64,000 nt of DNA from positions 40,736,001-40,800,000 of the forward strand of contig NC_045697.1 of assembly GCF_009834535.1 (NCBI RefSeq), in the 5' to 3' direction. A program made the position numbers and the translations under genes. The notes below the pieces were generated by a model. The model did not search any database, was not told the DNA's origin, and worked only from the letters and a program-made list of their open reading frames with translations. Position 1 is the first letter of the stretch; the number at the start of each line of letters is the position of its first letter. This stretch comes from Camelus ferus (taxonomy: Eukaryota). Shown here one piece after another: positions 23,011 through 36,297 of this stretch.

Positions 23011-25049
23011 CTTTCTTTTTCTGAAGACTCTATTTATTTATCTATTTTAGGGTCCCAGTGGTTCCCATGCAACTCCCATAGTCTCATGGTGGGGAGAGGA
23101 GAATAGAATTGCCGTTTCATTTTATCACCTCCTCAGCAGTTAGTTACAAATGGATCCCTAAAAAAGAAGAGTAAGTTTTGAAAAGTAAAAATGCCATTCA
23201 TTTTAGAAGAACTCATTTGGTTATGCTCTTTTTACATAAACTTTACCTATTCCAATTGGCAATTTAACAACATATATTTAAGAAAATATATTAGAAATCT
23301 GTTCTCATTGTAAAATGATTATAAATCAGTAAAAAATGTTTTAAAAAAAGAAATCTGTTTTAAAAATGGGATGTTTCATTATACTATCAAATTAACCATA
23401 AAGCATCTATTCACTACTTCGTCACTTCTTAAGTCTCAAATTTTCCTCAGCAACAACTCCTCGGCATTTCTGCCCCGCAGCAAGGCCCTCTATTTTTAAA
23501 AAGTTAGAATTTTCAAGAACAAATTTTTTAAGTAATAAACAATTTCCCCCATGTTACAGGTGCTGAACAGAGAGGTGCAACAGCTGACTGTGTCATTTCC
23601 CCCTCAAAGCCATGGATCGAGCCTGCACTGGGGGTGCCGAAGAAATGAGATTCATACAGAATCTGAGAGTGAAGCATTAAACTGAGGTGGGTCTGATAGA
23701 ATTAGAGGAAGAAACATATGGAGCACCTTTGCCCTTAAACAGTGGCGAGAAGGTAAGTAGTTAATTCAAGGGCAACAGGAAACTCTGCCTCAACATACAA
23801 TTACACAAATCCACAAATATATTCCTTCCTGATCCATTTCCCCCAGTGTTCTCTTCACTAGCCCTGGATGTCTAAATCCAGTGAGTTTTACTTGCATAAC
23901 CTAAAACCTGAATAAAAGGTTGAAGAATTTTCTACACATCACTGTAAAGCACAGGCAATGTGGCGCTGTCTCTCTCAGACCTCATTCCTGTAGGTAAGTG
24001 CTTAGGTGCCTAAAATCAGAGCAGCCACCCACTCTCAGACCAGTACCAAAGAGAAAGTGCACTTTGCCCCCTCACTACAGCCACCATCCGGCTTTATACA
24101 TCATCCCCCAGACTCTAGCATTACAGGGAGTTACTAGATTGAAGTGTTTAATGAGTGGAAGCGTTAAACAAAAATAAAAACAAAAGAGCCATCACAAACT
24201 GCAAATTAAGGGATCAGCAAAACCCCTGCTGGTTTAAAAATCCCATTCGACCTTGCCAATACACTAATTAATATAATAAAAAGCACAAAGATCCTGCTTA
24301 AAATTAAGCAAGCCGGCTGCCCACGCGGGGCTTGTTGCCCACTCTCTGAGCCAGCATCTGCTGAGAATGTAACCAATTGTCTCCTTGGGAGGTTAGAGGA
24401 AGGGAGGGGAAATTGCTTTGGCAGAAAGTCTAACAGTTAACTATGCCCCTTTTGAAAATAGAATTCTTACCCTGTTTTTAATGCCAAGCACATACAATGT
24501 CAAGTAAATTGGTCTTCATTCCAAACATGACAGAACTGCAGCAAATGGATGAAAGTGCAACTATTTACACTAACAAAAATAATAGAAAAAAATAGATACA
24601 ATTTATCTCATAGTGTTAACCAGTATTTGGAATTTTTCTTCTTTCCAGCTTTCACTCCTCTCTTGTACCTAGAACAGGGCTTGGTACATAATGGACACTG
24701 GATAAACAGGTGTTTAATAATTACTCTGGTTAAAAAACTATATACTTGTTGATGTCCCACAGACACTGTTAATATTAAATCATTCAATATTAGTTCTTGA
24801 TGCCCAGACTCAGAGGCTAAACATCTTGTTTTGCTTTATTTAATTGCTGATCATTTAGTATGCCCATCACTGTTCGAGGCACAATGAATAATATAAAAAA
24901 ATTAAAGCTTCCATGAGCAGCTTACATTCTGGTCCTCAAGGGGAAAAAAAAATGCATGGATAGGAAAAGTTAACAGTACAGAGAAATAAGAACTGAGTGA
25001 CTCCTAGCTGGAGTAAAGTGCTATACATATTACTGTTTCTTGATAAATA

Positions 25050-25292
25050 GTAAAAGCTGCCATTTACTAAGCATCTTCTATGTGCTAGACACTGAAATAG
25101 GTGATTTATACACATGATTTCATCAAATTTTCACAACTTTGCTTCAGATTAGGTTTTACAATCCCTAGGTTTACAGAAAAGAAAACAGATACTCAGAGAG
25201 GTTACTCAAGGTGATGCCGTTAAAAGACAGAGTTGAGGAGTCCAGATGTCTTACTTCAGAGATTACGTTCTTTCCAAAGTGTCATGCTGCCT
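25050..25292 (-). mobile_element. MIR
   Basis: CATTTACTAAGCATCTTCTATGTGCTAGACACTG..TTTACAGAAAAGAAAACAGATACTCAGAGAGGTTA. Confidence 0.7.
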
Positions 25293-25957
25293 CCTGTTTT
25301 TAAAACTTATAAAGTATGCTTGTGTCTCTCTCAGAGCTACAGAGGTATTTAGGAGATGTAGCTTGGATACTGAAATTCTGAAACTGCCAGGATATTTTGA
25401 GAAGTTTATGAGAAGAAAAATGGTCCAAGATTTTGAAATCTGGAATATTCAGGAAAATTTGTGCTCACTGTTCAGGGTACATGTGTAAAGAATGAAAGAT
25501 TACTTATGGATAGGCAGGAAAATTTTAAGAAAGGGATGAGATTTGAGCTATGCCCAGAGGAATCTAAAATTAAGATTCACCCTTGCACTTAAACAAGGTC
25601 AAACAAAGGAGAAAGATGTGAATCAACGGATATGTCTACAGGATAAAGCCGTCTAGAATTTAACTAGTTTTTCCTCTACACAGCATGGGTTTTGTAGTTA
25701 GTCATGTTTAGCCTCAGGCAAGGTTCTTAATGGTGGCTGCGACTCATAATGAACACATCCTTCATTTTCCTAGGAAGTGAAAACTAGGGTTCAAAAAACT
25801 CAAAGGACCAATGATACCATACTTTTGTAATTCTGTTATGTACATCATTTAAAGTACCAAAGATAAAACATAATCATAAGAAATTCTAGCAATAAAAACA
25901 TTTATAAAGCATTAAGCACACTCCCCTCTCCGATTAATCCTACTCCCCTGGAATCCT

Positions 25958-26262
25958 TCCATTCATTAACATTATTCAACAAATACTTATTGAGTGCCTG
26001 CTGAGTGCCGAGCTATGTCTTACCTAGACTCTTGGACAATCCACGAAAAAAATAGACTAATACCTTTGTTCTCGTATCTTTGTTCTCAATTTTACGTTCT
26101 AGAGGGAGAAAGGCAACAAATGATAAATATTTAAATTATATGGTGTATTAGAAGGTGCTAATTGCTTTGGAAAAAACAAGTAGAGCAGGTCAAGGAGGGT
26201 AAGGAATGCAAGACGGTGGCTGCGATTTTACAAAGGGATCCCAGGGTAGGCCTCACTGGCAA
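25958..26262 (-). mobile_element. L2 3' end
   Basis: CATTCATT..TTCAACAAATACTTATTGAGTGCCTGCTGAGTGCC..TTACGTTCTAGAGGGAGA..CAGGGTAGGCCTCACTG. Confidence 0.8.
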
Positions 26263-26294
26263 GTGCCGCTGTCTCTGCAAATCCAAATATATAC

Positions 26295-26855
26295 TCACTC
26301 ATTATCTTTTTTACAAACATAAGGTCATATTCTGATACTGCCTTTTCAGTTCAAAAGTAGATTGTGGGCATAATTCCATGTCACTATGTGTGGATCTGCT
26401 TCATTTGTTTTAGTCCTTGCATAGTATTCTATCATACTTGTTTTCCATTACTTATTTAACCAACTTTGTCTTGAAAGTTACTTAATCTGATTCCAGTTTT
26501 TTCTACTATTACAAACAATACTGCAATAAACATCTTTATTTTTTAATGTGTCTTTGCGTATCTACAGAAGTACTTCTATAGGATCAAGTCCTAGAAGTAG
26601 AATTGTTGGATCAAGGATAGGCACATTAAATACTTGATAGGGAATGCTAAAGTGCTTCCCAAAAGATTGTTCCAGCTTACACTCTCATCAGCACTGTTTG
26701 AAAGTGCATGTCTTTTCTCCTACACCTTTATGAATAATAGGCATTACCATTTCATTTAAATCTTCATCAGTATGACTGGTTTTTAAACAAAATGCTCTTG
26801 CAAAATATTTGCAGTTCTCTAATTATTATTTTATCATATGTTTATTGTTCATTAA
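26295..26855 (-). mobile_element. L1ME-like fragment
   Basis: TTGCATAGTATTCTATC..TTACAAACAATACTGCAATAAACATC..CCTAGAAGTAGAATTGTTGGATCAAGG..TTACACTCTCATCAGCA. Confidence 0.75.
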
Positions 26856-27532
26856 TTCATAATGACAAGCATAAACCATTGTCAAAATTAATTTATAATC
26901 TACTTATGTATTTATCAAATATTCATTTCTACAATTGTCTCCTATAGAATGCTGTGAATATTTGTTAATATTAAATGTTATTTTAAATTAAAGAAGTTCT
27001 CATAGTAGCAATCTTTAAAACGTTCTGACTTTTCACTAGTTGTAGAACCTTGATTTTCTCTTGCCCTATGAACCATAACTATACTGTTTTAATGTAAGAA
27101 TTTCAATTCTTTTTCACAACCCCTATACCATTTTATCAAAGATCTTGCTAGCTTTTCAACAAACTGGGTTATGATCCAGAAAAGAAAACAAATGCAACGT
27201 CTTAATAATACTAAGTACAATTGGGAGCTTGAATCTAAAAATGTAGGGAATGGAACTTTATTACAACCACCAATGGGCCAAGGAAACTCTTCAGAATTAT
27301 AATACATGGGGCTGTTCAAAAGACTTATACAAGAAACTAGCTTAATTAAAGGAGATCCAGCCAAATTAAGGACTAATGGGAAGAGACATAATATTTGCTT
27401 TTAATTTTACCTTTTCTTGCCTCTTCTGGGTTTTCTTCCACTCCAGTTAGATATGGTTAAGCATTCTATTTTTGTGTGTGAACTATGTTGTATTTTTCTC
27501 ATGTTTCTAAAAATCAGAGAAAACTTCACTAT

Positions 27533-27715
27533 ATTTATTTTTTACTTGAAGTATAGTTAGTTTATAATGTGTTAGTTTCTGGTGTACAGCATAGTGATTC
27601 AGTTATATATATATATATATCTTTTCATATTCTATTTAATTATAGGTTATTATAAGATACTGAATATAGTTCCCTGTGCTATACAGTAGGACCTTGTTGT
27701 TTATCTATTTTATAT
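27533..27715 (-). mobile_element. Short L1 3' end
   Basis: TTGAAGTATAGTT..TTTCTGGTGTACAGCATAGTGATTCAGTTAT..TTCCCTGTGCTATACAGTAGGACCTTGTTG; see findings for its displaced TSD. Confidence 0.9.
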
Positions 27716-27776
27716 ATATGCTTAAGCATTCTTAACTCCCTTATGTTATAATCTTCTTCTATATGACTCAAGTTTT

Positions 27777-29604
27777 TCTTGAGAACAGGAAAATTACCAT
27801 GTGAAGTCAGAACTAGGGGGCACAGGAGTAAGGCAGTGCCTAAGCACTGGAGGCAGCAGGAAGATGGCCTGTTTCCATTCTTGCCTCACTACAATCCATT
27901 GTCTGCATGGTAATGAACATGAGAATAAGGCTAGGGGAAAAAATCAGATCATAATGTTTTGCTTTCCTAATTGTTTCCATCGCCCTTAAAACACAAAATC
28001 CTTACAATGGCCTATAAAGCGAGACAGGATTTGGCCCCTGGCTACATATCTAACCCTCTACGACTTCTCTCCCACTCTGCTGCCACCTTCCAGCCAAACT
28101 TGCCTTCTTTCTCTTTCTCCACTCACCAAGTTTCTTCACACCACTGGACCTTTATAGGTGCATTTCTCTCCAGCTCCAGCACTTTCCCTCGGTGATCATG
28201 TGATAAGATCTTTCGTTAGCACTTGGTAGGATCCTTCCTCATTGTGCAAACTGATTTTTTCCCCTTATTGAGTTTCTCCAGATGGAATTATTCAAGTGTT
28301 TTCTTCTTTTGGAACAGTTCTGTGACTATCTCCATGTCTGCTATGAAAAGACAAGGTTTTATGGTCTTTGATACATGCATGTATACATAGCAAAGCTTTT
28401 GTAACATGCACTTCTTAGCCTTGAATTCTGGGTTTGGATCTTATCTGAATTTTGTTTGAAATGGATGAATAATACATACAGTTGAAGATCAACCAAATAA
28501 AAGAGATCCAGAGTAAAATTTATCCAAGAAGTAAATATGGTAAATTTCAAGAAAATATGGTGAAAGAGAGGTTTTTAGCAGGCAAAGAAGAAGCAGGAGA
28601 TTTCACGCAGGAAGACCTAGGCTGTCAAAGGTGAAGTAGCAGACCACATCTTCTGTTGGAGTAGAGGAGTCACAGGATCTGGGGGCCTGAGAATAAGGGT
28701 AAATGTTGGAGAACCAAAATGGAAGAGATGGGAGTAACTTAAGAGAACGTGAAAGCGATCAGGTGGAAATATGCAGTAGTCCCAGTCGATGGGGTTTTTT
28801 ACAGTTTCAGAATCAATAAAGAGAACAATGATAGTGTCCTGGGTTCAGAAGTAACTAATAGAAATGGCAAGCGGGCAGAAGAGTCAAGGGCCTAAGGGAA
28901 AGCAGAGAGAAGAGAATAAAAATCCCATGTCAGCAACTATCTCCTCAGAGTCAGTCTTGTTTTATTTATACTTCCATACTCTTCCTCAACTCATTAGGTT
29001 ATTTTAAAGAAAATCCCAGGTATCATACGATTTCACTTGGATCTTAGTATGTATTGCTAAAAGATAAGAGATCTTTCAAAAAAAGCATAATTGCAATACC
29101 ATTATTACATCTGAAAAACTATCAGTTCTTAATACAAATATCCAATCTGCGTTCAGGTTACTCCAATTGCCTCCTAATTTTTTATAGTTGTTTTGTTCAG
29201 TTCAGAATCCAACCAGAATTCACGCATTGCATGTGCTTTACAGGTCTCTTAAGTTTCTTCAAATTTGTAGTTGTCCCCTAGTTCTTTCTTTGCAGTTTGT
29301 TGTTGAAGAAACTAGAAGTAGGAGATGGACTCAGATATGCAACCAAGGCTAGATTTTATAAGGTTTTATAGGCCATTGGAAGAACGTTGGGCTTTAATTG
29401 CATTGGAAAGCCATTAGGAAAGTAAAATATTGTGATCTTAGTTTTTTCTAGGCTCATTCTCATTCCTGCTACTGTGTGGACAGTGGGTTATAGTGGGCAA
29501 GAGTGGAAACAGTCAGTCATTGCTGTCTCCAGCACTTAGGCACTGCCCCTAAGCCTATGTCCTTCAGTTAATGACTTCACATGAGGATTTTCCTGTTTTC
29601 AAGA
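27777..29604. repeat. Diverged inverted duplication (arms 27777-28068 and 29314-29604), each with unique sequence plus an L2 fragment
   Basis: The left arm TCTTGAGAACAGGAAAATTACCATGTGAAGTCA..GGCAGTGCCTAAGCACTGGAGGCAGCA aligns colinearly with the reverse complement of the right arm, TCTTGAAAACAGGAAAATCCTCATGTGAAGTCA..GGCAGTGCCTAAGTGCTGGAGACAGCA. Confidence 0.85.
28955..29313 (-). mobile_element. L1MC4/L1ME-like 3' fragment
   Basis: ATTTTAAAGAAAATCCCAGGTATCAT..CTAAAAGATAAG..GAATCCAACCAG..CACGCATTGCAT..TTGTTGAAGAAACT. Confidence 0.65.
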
Positions 29605-30294
29605 TAATCAATGACTACACTGGGTGTAGACGTTTTCAACCAAACAGCTATCTTTGGGACAAAAGACAACCTTCTTTTCGGGATTCTTAATAATGAACAT
29701 ACAGCAGATTAATCTTGGCATGGCAGAAAATGAGCCCTCACTTGCTCTGAAGTGCTCCCCTCTGTGCAGAGACAAAGTGGACCTTAGCCAGACTCGCCAG
29801 GATGAACTGAAACCCACTGTTAACAGCAGCTTGCAGCACAAGCCTCACTGAGTCTGCTTGAGTTGGCAGCATTAAAAGAAACTCAGCCCTTGTTAACTAT
29901 CAGAGCCAAATGCCCCATCCTGTTTTTTCCAGCTTCCACTTTAAAATGGAGTGAATATTTCTAATTCTACTGAGTGCTGCAAACAGAACTCAAGGATTTA
30001 AAAAAACACACACACTTCAATGAGAATTAATACAGAGGTTTTTGAATTTGCATGCTGCCAGTGATCTCTGAAGTGTAAGTGCCAAGAAAGGGCCTTTCTT
30101 AACCCAGGATAATTAATATAAAAATTTGTTTTATTCTCCTGTTCAAAAAAATTAAATTTTCCAATATCCTCTAGAAGGCACAATAATTTTTGTCACCATA
30201 AATTATTTTTTATAAAATTATTTCCTGTTTACCAGTTCCTTTGGAACTTTGTTGCATAGTCACAATGACAAGCCAAATAACCACAAGTACAGGT

Positions 30295-30510
30295 TGAAGG
30301 GACTTCCATGTCAGACTGCTTGGGTTTGAATCTTAGCTCTGTCCCCTTCTTAATTGTATAACCTTAGGCAAGTTCTTTGACGTCTCTGAATTCAGGATTC
30401 CTCCTCGAAAAAGTGGAGATAGTAATAGGACTATGTCATAGGCTTATAATAAGGACTAAATGATTTAACATCAGCAATGGATTTTGAACGTTAACAATAG
30501 TTGCTGTTAT
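30295..30510 (+). mobile_element. MIR
   Basis: GTCAGACTGCTTGGGTTTGAATCTTAGCTCTG..ACCTTAGGCAAGT. Confidence 0.8.
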
Positions 30511-30564
30511 AAAGTATTAGGTATTTTTAGCTACCTCCAAAGTTTTAAAATATTGTTAAGGCTA

Positions 30565-33121
30565 TGATTCTTTTTCTAAGTACATAATCTGGTGGTTTTG
30601 AGTATTTTCACATAATTGTGCAACCATCACCACTATATAATTCCCAGTCATTCTCCACTCCCTGACAACCACTAATCTATTTTTGAGCTCTATAGATTTG
30701 CTGTTCTGGCCACTGCATTTAAATGGAATCATAGGAAATGTGGCCTTTTGCATCTGATTTCTTTCATTTACCATACTGTTCCCAAGATTTATCCATTTTG
30801 TTGCCTTTATCAGTACTTCATTTCTTTTTATGACTAAATAATATTTCTTGTATGGACATACCACATTGTGTTTATTCACAGTTGATGGACATTCTAGTTG
30901 TTTCCAGTTTGGGGCTATTACAAATAATGCTGCTATGAGTATTTATATAAAAGTTCTTGTATGGACATAAGGTTTCAATTCTCTTGGGTAAATAACCTGG
31001 AGTGGAATAGCTGTGTCATGTGATAAGTCAACTTTTAACTTTTTTGAGGAATTGCCAAACTGTTTTTAAAGGTGGTTGCACCATTTTGTATTCCCATTAG
31101 CAATGTATGAAGTTTCCCATTCTCTACATCCATGTCAACACTTGTTATTGTTTATCATTTTTATTACAACCATCACTGTATGTATGAAGTGGTATCTCAT
31201 TGTGAGTTTGATTAGCAATTTTGCTAATGACTAATGGTGTTAGGCATTTTTTCATATGCTTTTTGGCCATTTGTATATATTCTTTGGAGAAATGTTTATT
31301 CAAGTCCTTTGCCCATTTTAAAATTGGGTTGTCTTTTTATTGTAGGGATGTAAATATTCTTTATACATTTTTGATACAAGTTCCTAATCAAACATATTAT
31401 TTTGAATTGTTTTCTCCCATCCTGTGAGTTGTCTTTTCACTTTCTTGATGGTATCCTTTGAAGTACAAAAATGTTTATTGTTGGGGAAGCCCAGTTTTTA
31501 TAACTCTGTCTTTTATTACTTGGGCTTTTGTTTTTGTAGCTAAAAACCATTGCCTAATCCAAAGCCACAAAGATTTATGCCTAGATTTTCTAAGAGTTTT
31601 ATAGTTTTTATTTTTACATTTAGATCTTTGATCTATTTTGAGTTAATTTTTGTGTATGGTACGAGATAGGCACCCAAATTCATTCTTTTGCATGTGAATA
31701 TCCACTGTGTTTATCCTCTGCCAGTACCACACTGTCTTGATTACTATTATTATTATAGTTTTACGGTAAATTTTAAAATTGGGAAATGTGAATCCTCCAA
31801 CTTTGTTCTTTTTTTTGAAGATGATTTTAGCTATTCTGTGTGCCTTGCATTTCCATATGAACTTTAGAATCAGCTTGTCAATTTCTACATGAGACATTTT
31901 TCCATTTATTTAGGTCCTCTTTCATTTCTTTCCACGTGTTTTATAGCTTTCAGTGTACAAGTTTTGTATCTTCTTTGAAGCTATTTTAAATGAAATTATT
32001 TTCTTAATTTTGTTTTTGGATTGTTCATTCTAGTGTATAGAAATACAACTGATTTTTGTGTATTGATTTGTATCTTGGAAACTTGCTGAAATCATCTATT
32101 AGCTCTAATACTTTGTGTGTATGTGTACTCCTTAGGTTTTTCCATATACAAAATTATGTTATCTGTAAATGGACCAATTTTTACTTCTTCCTTTCCAGTT
32201 TGGATGCCTTTCATTTCTCTTTCTTGGCTAATTGCCCTGGATAAACCTCCAGTAGAATGCTGAATAGAGGTGGCAAGAGGGAACATCCTTGTTCCTGATA
32301 TTAGGGGAAATCTTTTCGTCTCTCACTGTTAAGTGGTTTTTCATAGACACTCTTTGTCAGGATGAGGAAATTCTCTTCTATATCTAGTTGGGTGTGTGTT
32401 TTTATTATGAAACGGCGATTAGCTTTTTCAAGTACTTTTTCTGCATCTATTGAGGTAATTTTTCCCCTTTGTTCTTTAATATGGTATATAAAATTAATTG
32501 ATTTTTATATGTTGAATTATCCTTACATTCCTGAGACAAAAATCCCACTTGGTCATGGTGTACAATTTTTTTAAAATATAATACTGGCTTCAATTCACTA
32601 GTATTTGGTGAGGATCTTTGCAACTATATTCATAAAGGAAATTGGCCTATAGTTTTCTTTTATTATGATGTCTTTTTGGTAGCAGAGTAATACTAGCTTC
32701 ATAGAATGAGTTGGGAAGTTGGGACAAATCTAGGAATCTGTCCATTTCACATAAGTTATCTAGACCTATAATTGGAGTATAAGTTTCATAATATTCCCTT
32801 ATAATGTTTTTTTAATTTCTGTATGGTTGGTAGTAATGGCTATACTTTCTTTTCTGATTTTAGTAATTTGAGTTTTCCTTCTTTTGTTTTTGGTCAGTCT
32901 TACTAAAGCTTTGTCATTTTGTTGATCTTTTTCAAAAAAACAAATGTAGGTTTCTTTGATTTTCTGTTTTGTTTTTATATTCTCTATTTCATATAATTCC
33001 AGTCAGTTATTATTTCCTTCCCTTTGCTTGCTTTCAGTTTAATTTTCTCTTCATTTTCTAGTTCCCTAAGGCATATAATTAGGTTATTGATTTAAGACCT
33101 TTCTTCTTACCTAATGTAGGC
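30565..33121 (-). mobile_element. L1MB-like element (3'UTR plus deleted, degenerate ORF2)
   Basis: ORF track peptides EIDKLILKFIWKCK..KKNKVGG..IKTVWYW and LSRAISQEREMKGIQTGKEEVK..DNIILY match L1 ORF2; L1 3'UTR motifs at 30565-31000. Confidence 0.9.
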
Positions 33122-33171
33122 ACAGATATAATATTTTTCCTGCTCTAAAAACATGCTTATTAAAAAATTAT

Positions 33172-33425
33172 TGGGGGTGGAGGGTGGGAAGGAATAGACT
33201 GGATTTCAAAATTGTAGAATAGATAAACAAGACTATACTGTATAGCACAGGGAAATATATACAAGATCTTATGGTAGCTCACAGAGAAAAAAAATGTGAC
33301 AATGAATATATATATGTTCATGTGTAACTGAAAAATTGTGCTCTACACTGGAATTTGATACAACATTGTAAAATTATTATAAATCAATAAAAAAAGTTGA
33401 AAAATAAACAGCTATAAAAAAAGAA
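33172..33425 (+). mobile_element. Short lineage-specific L1 3' end with A-rich tail
   Basis: Reverse complement closely matches 19741-19990 (GTATAGCACAGGGAAATATATACAAGATCTT..AAAAATTGTGCTCTACACTGGAA..TCAATAAAAAAA). Confidence 0.9.
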
Positions 33426-33929
33426 ATTACTAAAGGCTAAATGCATGAAATATAAGATATAATGCTTAGCCTCCAAGGACCTAAAAACTACAGGATACAG
33501 TTTTTTTTTTCCTGAAGGGAGAGCAAAAACAGAACTCATTATCATTACTAATGTTAAATTTGTGTTATTATCTTTAATATACCAACTAAAAGCTATCAAG
33601 CCTATCAGAAGTAGGATATAAATGATAAACATATAACTTATAATCTATCACTACATTAATGTCTCCCTGTACATCAGCCAGTATTTTCCTTATTCCCATG
33701 CTGATATAACTATCTCAGTCCTGTGATTTATTTAACCAATGCTTGCATCAGTATGTCGTTTGTTAAGCCTTCCAATAAAACAAACTAGAACTAGGCTAAC
33801 TTTCTGTTCTCCTCCTTAACGTTTTTTAAAAACAATTTTGGAAGAAAGTTCCTACTGAGAACAGCTAAGTAAACACAAATTTTAAGTAAGAAATATATAT
33901 TGGCAAGTATCTCATCATTCTAATCCCAA

Positions 33930-34170
33930 CTCAAAGACAACTTTTCTTCGAAGTCTTCCCTGACTGTCTGGAAAATTATGTGTCTCCATAACCTTCCAAT
34001 ACGTTCTTTTACAGGATTTGCTGTGTTCTATTGTTATTGTTTGTGTTATTGTAGCATCTTCCCCTGTAGGCTGTTAAACAGTGAGTTCTGGAAGGGTGAC
34101 AGGCATGCTTTACTCATCACTGTGTCACCAGGGCCTGACACAGAACCTGGGACCCACGCTGTTTATCCGG
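33930..34170 (+). mobile_element. L2 3' fragment
   Basis: GAAGTCTTCCCTGAC..ACAGTGAGTTCTGGAAGGGTGACAGGCATG..TCATCACTGTGTCACCAGGGCCTGACACAGAACCTGG. Confidence 0.6.
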
Positions 34171-35864
34171 GAACATAGCTACCAGTCAGTTCTGGGATTT
34201 CAACCACCAGGATATGTGGCACTTTGGAAGTTTGTTTCACATCTGTCACCTTCTCACTTACCCTCTCATTGTCAGAGTTTGGCACTGTTACTGTCATCTT
34301 CACTTTAAAATTTGAGAGAGAGAGTACAGAGAAGTCAAATGATTTTCCAAAAGTCACATAATGAATACGTCTACTCTATAAATATATTTTCAGTCATCAA
34401 TGGTCTAAAACGATGTTATGCTCTTCCCTCAGACTGCTCCCATAAGATGTCAATTAACGAATCAAGTTCATGCTTTTCATACTATAAGGCAAATATTCCT
34501 AAAGTAGAAGGAAGAGTAACGACTTTTCCATGAAACCCTAGAAGAAAGACTAGTGTTGTTTTAAACTTTCCCTTTAACATAGTGTCAAAGCTAACTTTTA
34601 GAGAGAGCCATTTTTTTCCCCTTCTTTTCCATTTCTTCCACCTTGGAGGGAGAATATTTCCTTCACTACTGCTCCTTAACCAGGATAGTCCAGCAGAGGG
34701 GGTCCAAGTGTTTCACAGCTACTACTATGGTGCCTTAGCTTCCTCCCACTGTGCCTATCCCAAAGACAAATTTGGTCCTAATTCTGGTATCAAGTCATTG
34801 AATGGGTCTGGCTTCCCCCTGGGGTTACATGAGGAGTTGGTAGGGTTTGAAAAGTCTGAAGAGAGAGACTCTGTATTTTATCACACATCTCTATATTCCA
34901 TTAAGGAAATCATATTTAAATATACAATATGAAGTATAGAGCATAATTTTTAATACTTGATTTGCTATAGTTAGAGATCATGATAATTAAATTATAAAAA
35001 CCATCCTTTCCCCCCTCCAAAGGTATTGCTTACCCAATTCATCTCAAAGGATGATGCAAGAATATTTTTACATTTTCTTCATTTAGCAGATCAAATACTT
35101 AAAAATCTCTCAACATCCACAATATGGACCCAGAACTCATTCCACTCCAAATCTAGTGATCCTTCCAAGAGCTGAATGTGATTGTGGTAAGTTGTTGGCT
35201 TGCCTGTGTTTTGGGTAATTTATGCAACATCTAAACAATAACAAAGAATGCATTTTGGAGTGCTTCTAAAAGATTCATTTAGCTTGAAATAAGCACTTTA
35301 AAAATTTTTTAAATAAATTAAACAATAAAAAAAGAGGTGGAAAATACTGATTATCTTCTATAGGCTGGCTATGGTGTAGGCATAAATTGTTCTTGGAGGA
35401 AGAATAACCAACCGAGTGACAAAAAGCAATGAGATCATAACCTCCGGCTACTATTACAATTGCGGTGTCTTCCTACAACTGTCCTTATGAACAGAAACAA
35501 GGCAGATCATAAAAAAGAGAACAGAATGACCAATGAGTTCATCCTTATTATTAATCAGAGAAATGAAATTATTGGTAAGGGCTTCGAAAAGAAAACAGAG
35601 GTGATAAAGTTGTCAGGAAATAAATAATCTCGTACATCGCTGGTAGGAGCCACTTAGGTAAGATGTCAGAAATCTTTTGAATTTATGTGCCCTCTGATGT
35701 AGCAGTTCCACTTTGCGGGAAATATCTTGATGATTTAGCTACAAGTTATACAACCTATTAATTTTTTTTTGAAAGCAGAAAAACTCAAAATAGCTAAAAA
35801 TGAAAGCTTGATTAAAGGAACAGTAGTAGTAAGTCGACACAGTGAAACAGTCTGCAATCATTTT

Positions 35865-36005
35865 AAAAAAAATTTTTGTTTTATTTTGACTTTGTGGGGA
35901 AGGTAGTTATGTTTATCTAATTATTGTAATGGAGGTACTGGGGATTGAACTCAGGACCTCGTGCATGCTAAGGGAGCACTCTATCACTGAGCCATACCCG
36001 CCCCC
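35865..36005 (-). mobile_element. tRNA-derived SINE, Vic-1-like (camelid)
   Basis: ATGGAGGTACTGGGGATTGAACTCAGGACCTCGTGCATGCTAAG..CACTCTATCACTGAGC..CCCCC is the reverse complement of the 3771 SINE; TSD TCTGCAATCATTTT at 35851-35864 and 36009-36022. Confidence 0.9.
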
Positions 36006-36297
36006 AACTCTGCAATCATTTTTAAATGTTGTTAAATATAAATATTTTTGACTTGGCAAGTGATTTAGCATATATTATTAGGTGGGGGAGAAAAGCAATT
36101 AAAAATTAATTCATGTAAAGAAATGTTCCAACAATGGCAGCAGAGAGTGATGTGACAGAAAGAGTATCCTAGGGCCACCTGTCAAAGAGATTAAATCCCT
36201 GGATTTCCCCCCACACCTCAGAATATTAGCAATGATTCACTTGGTGACCATGGGCATCAGCCCACAGAAATTCTGAAGAAGCACAGTTACAATGTGG

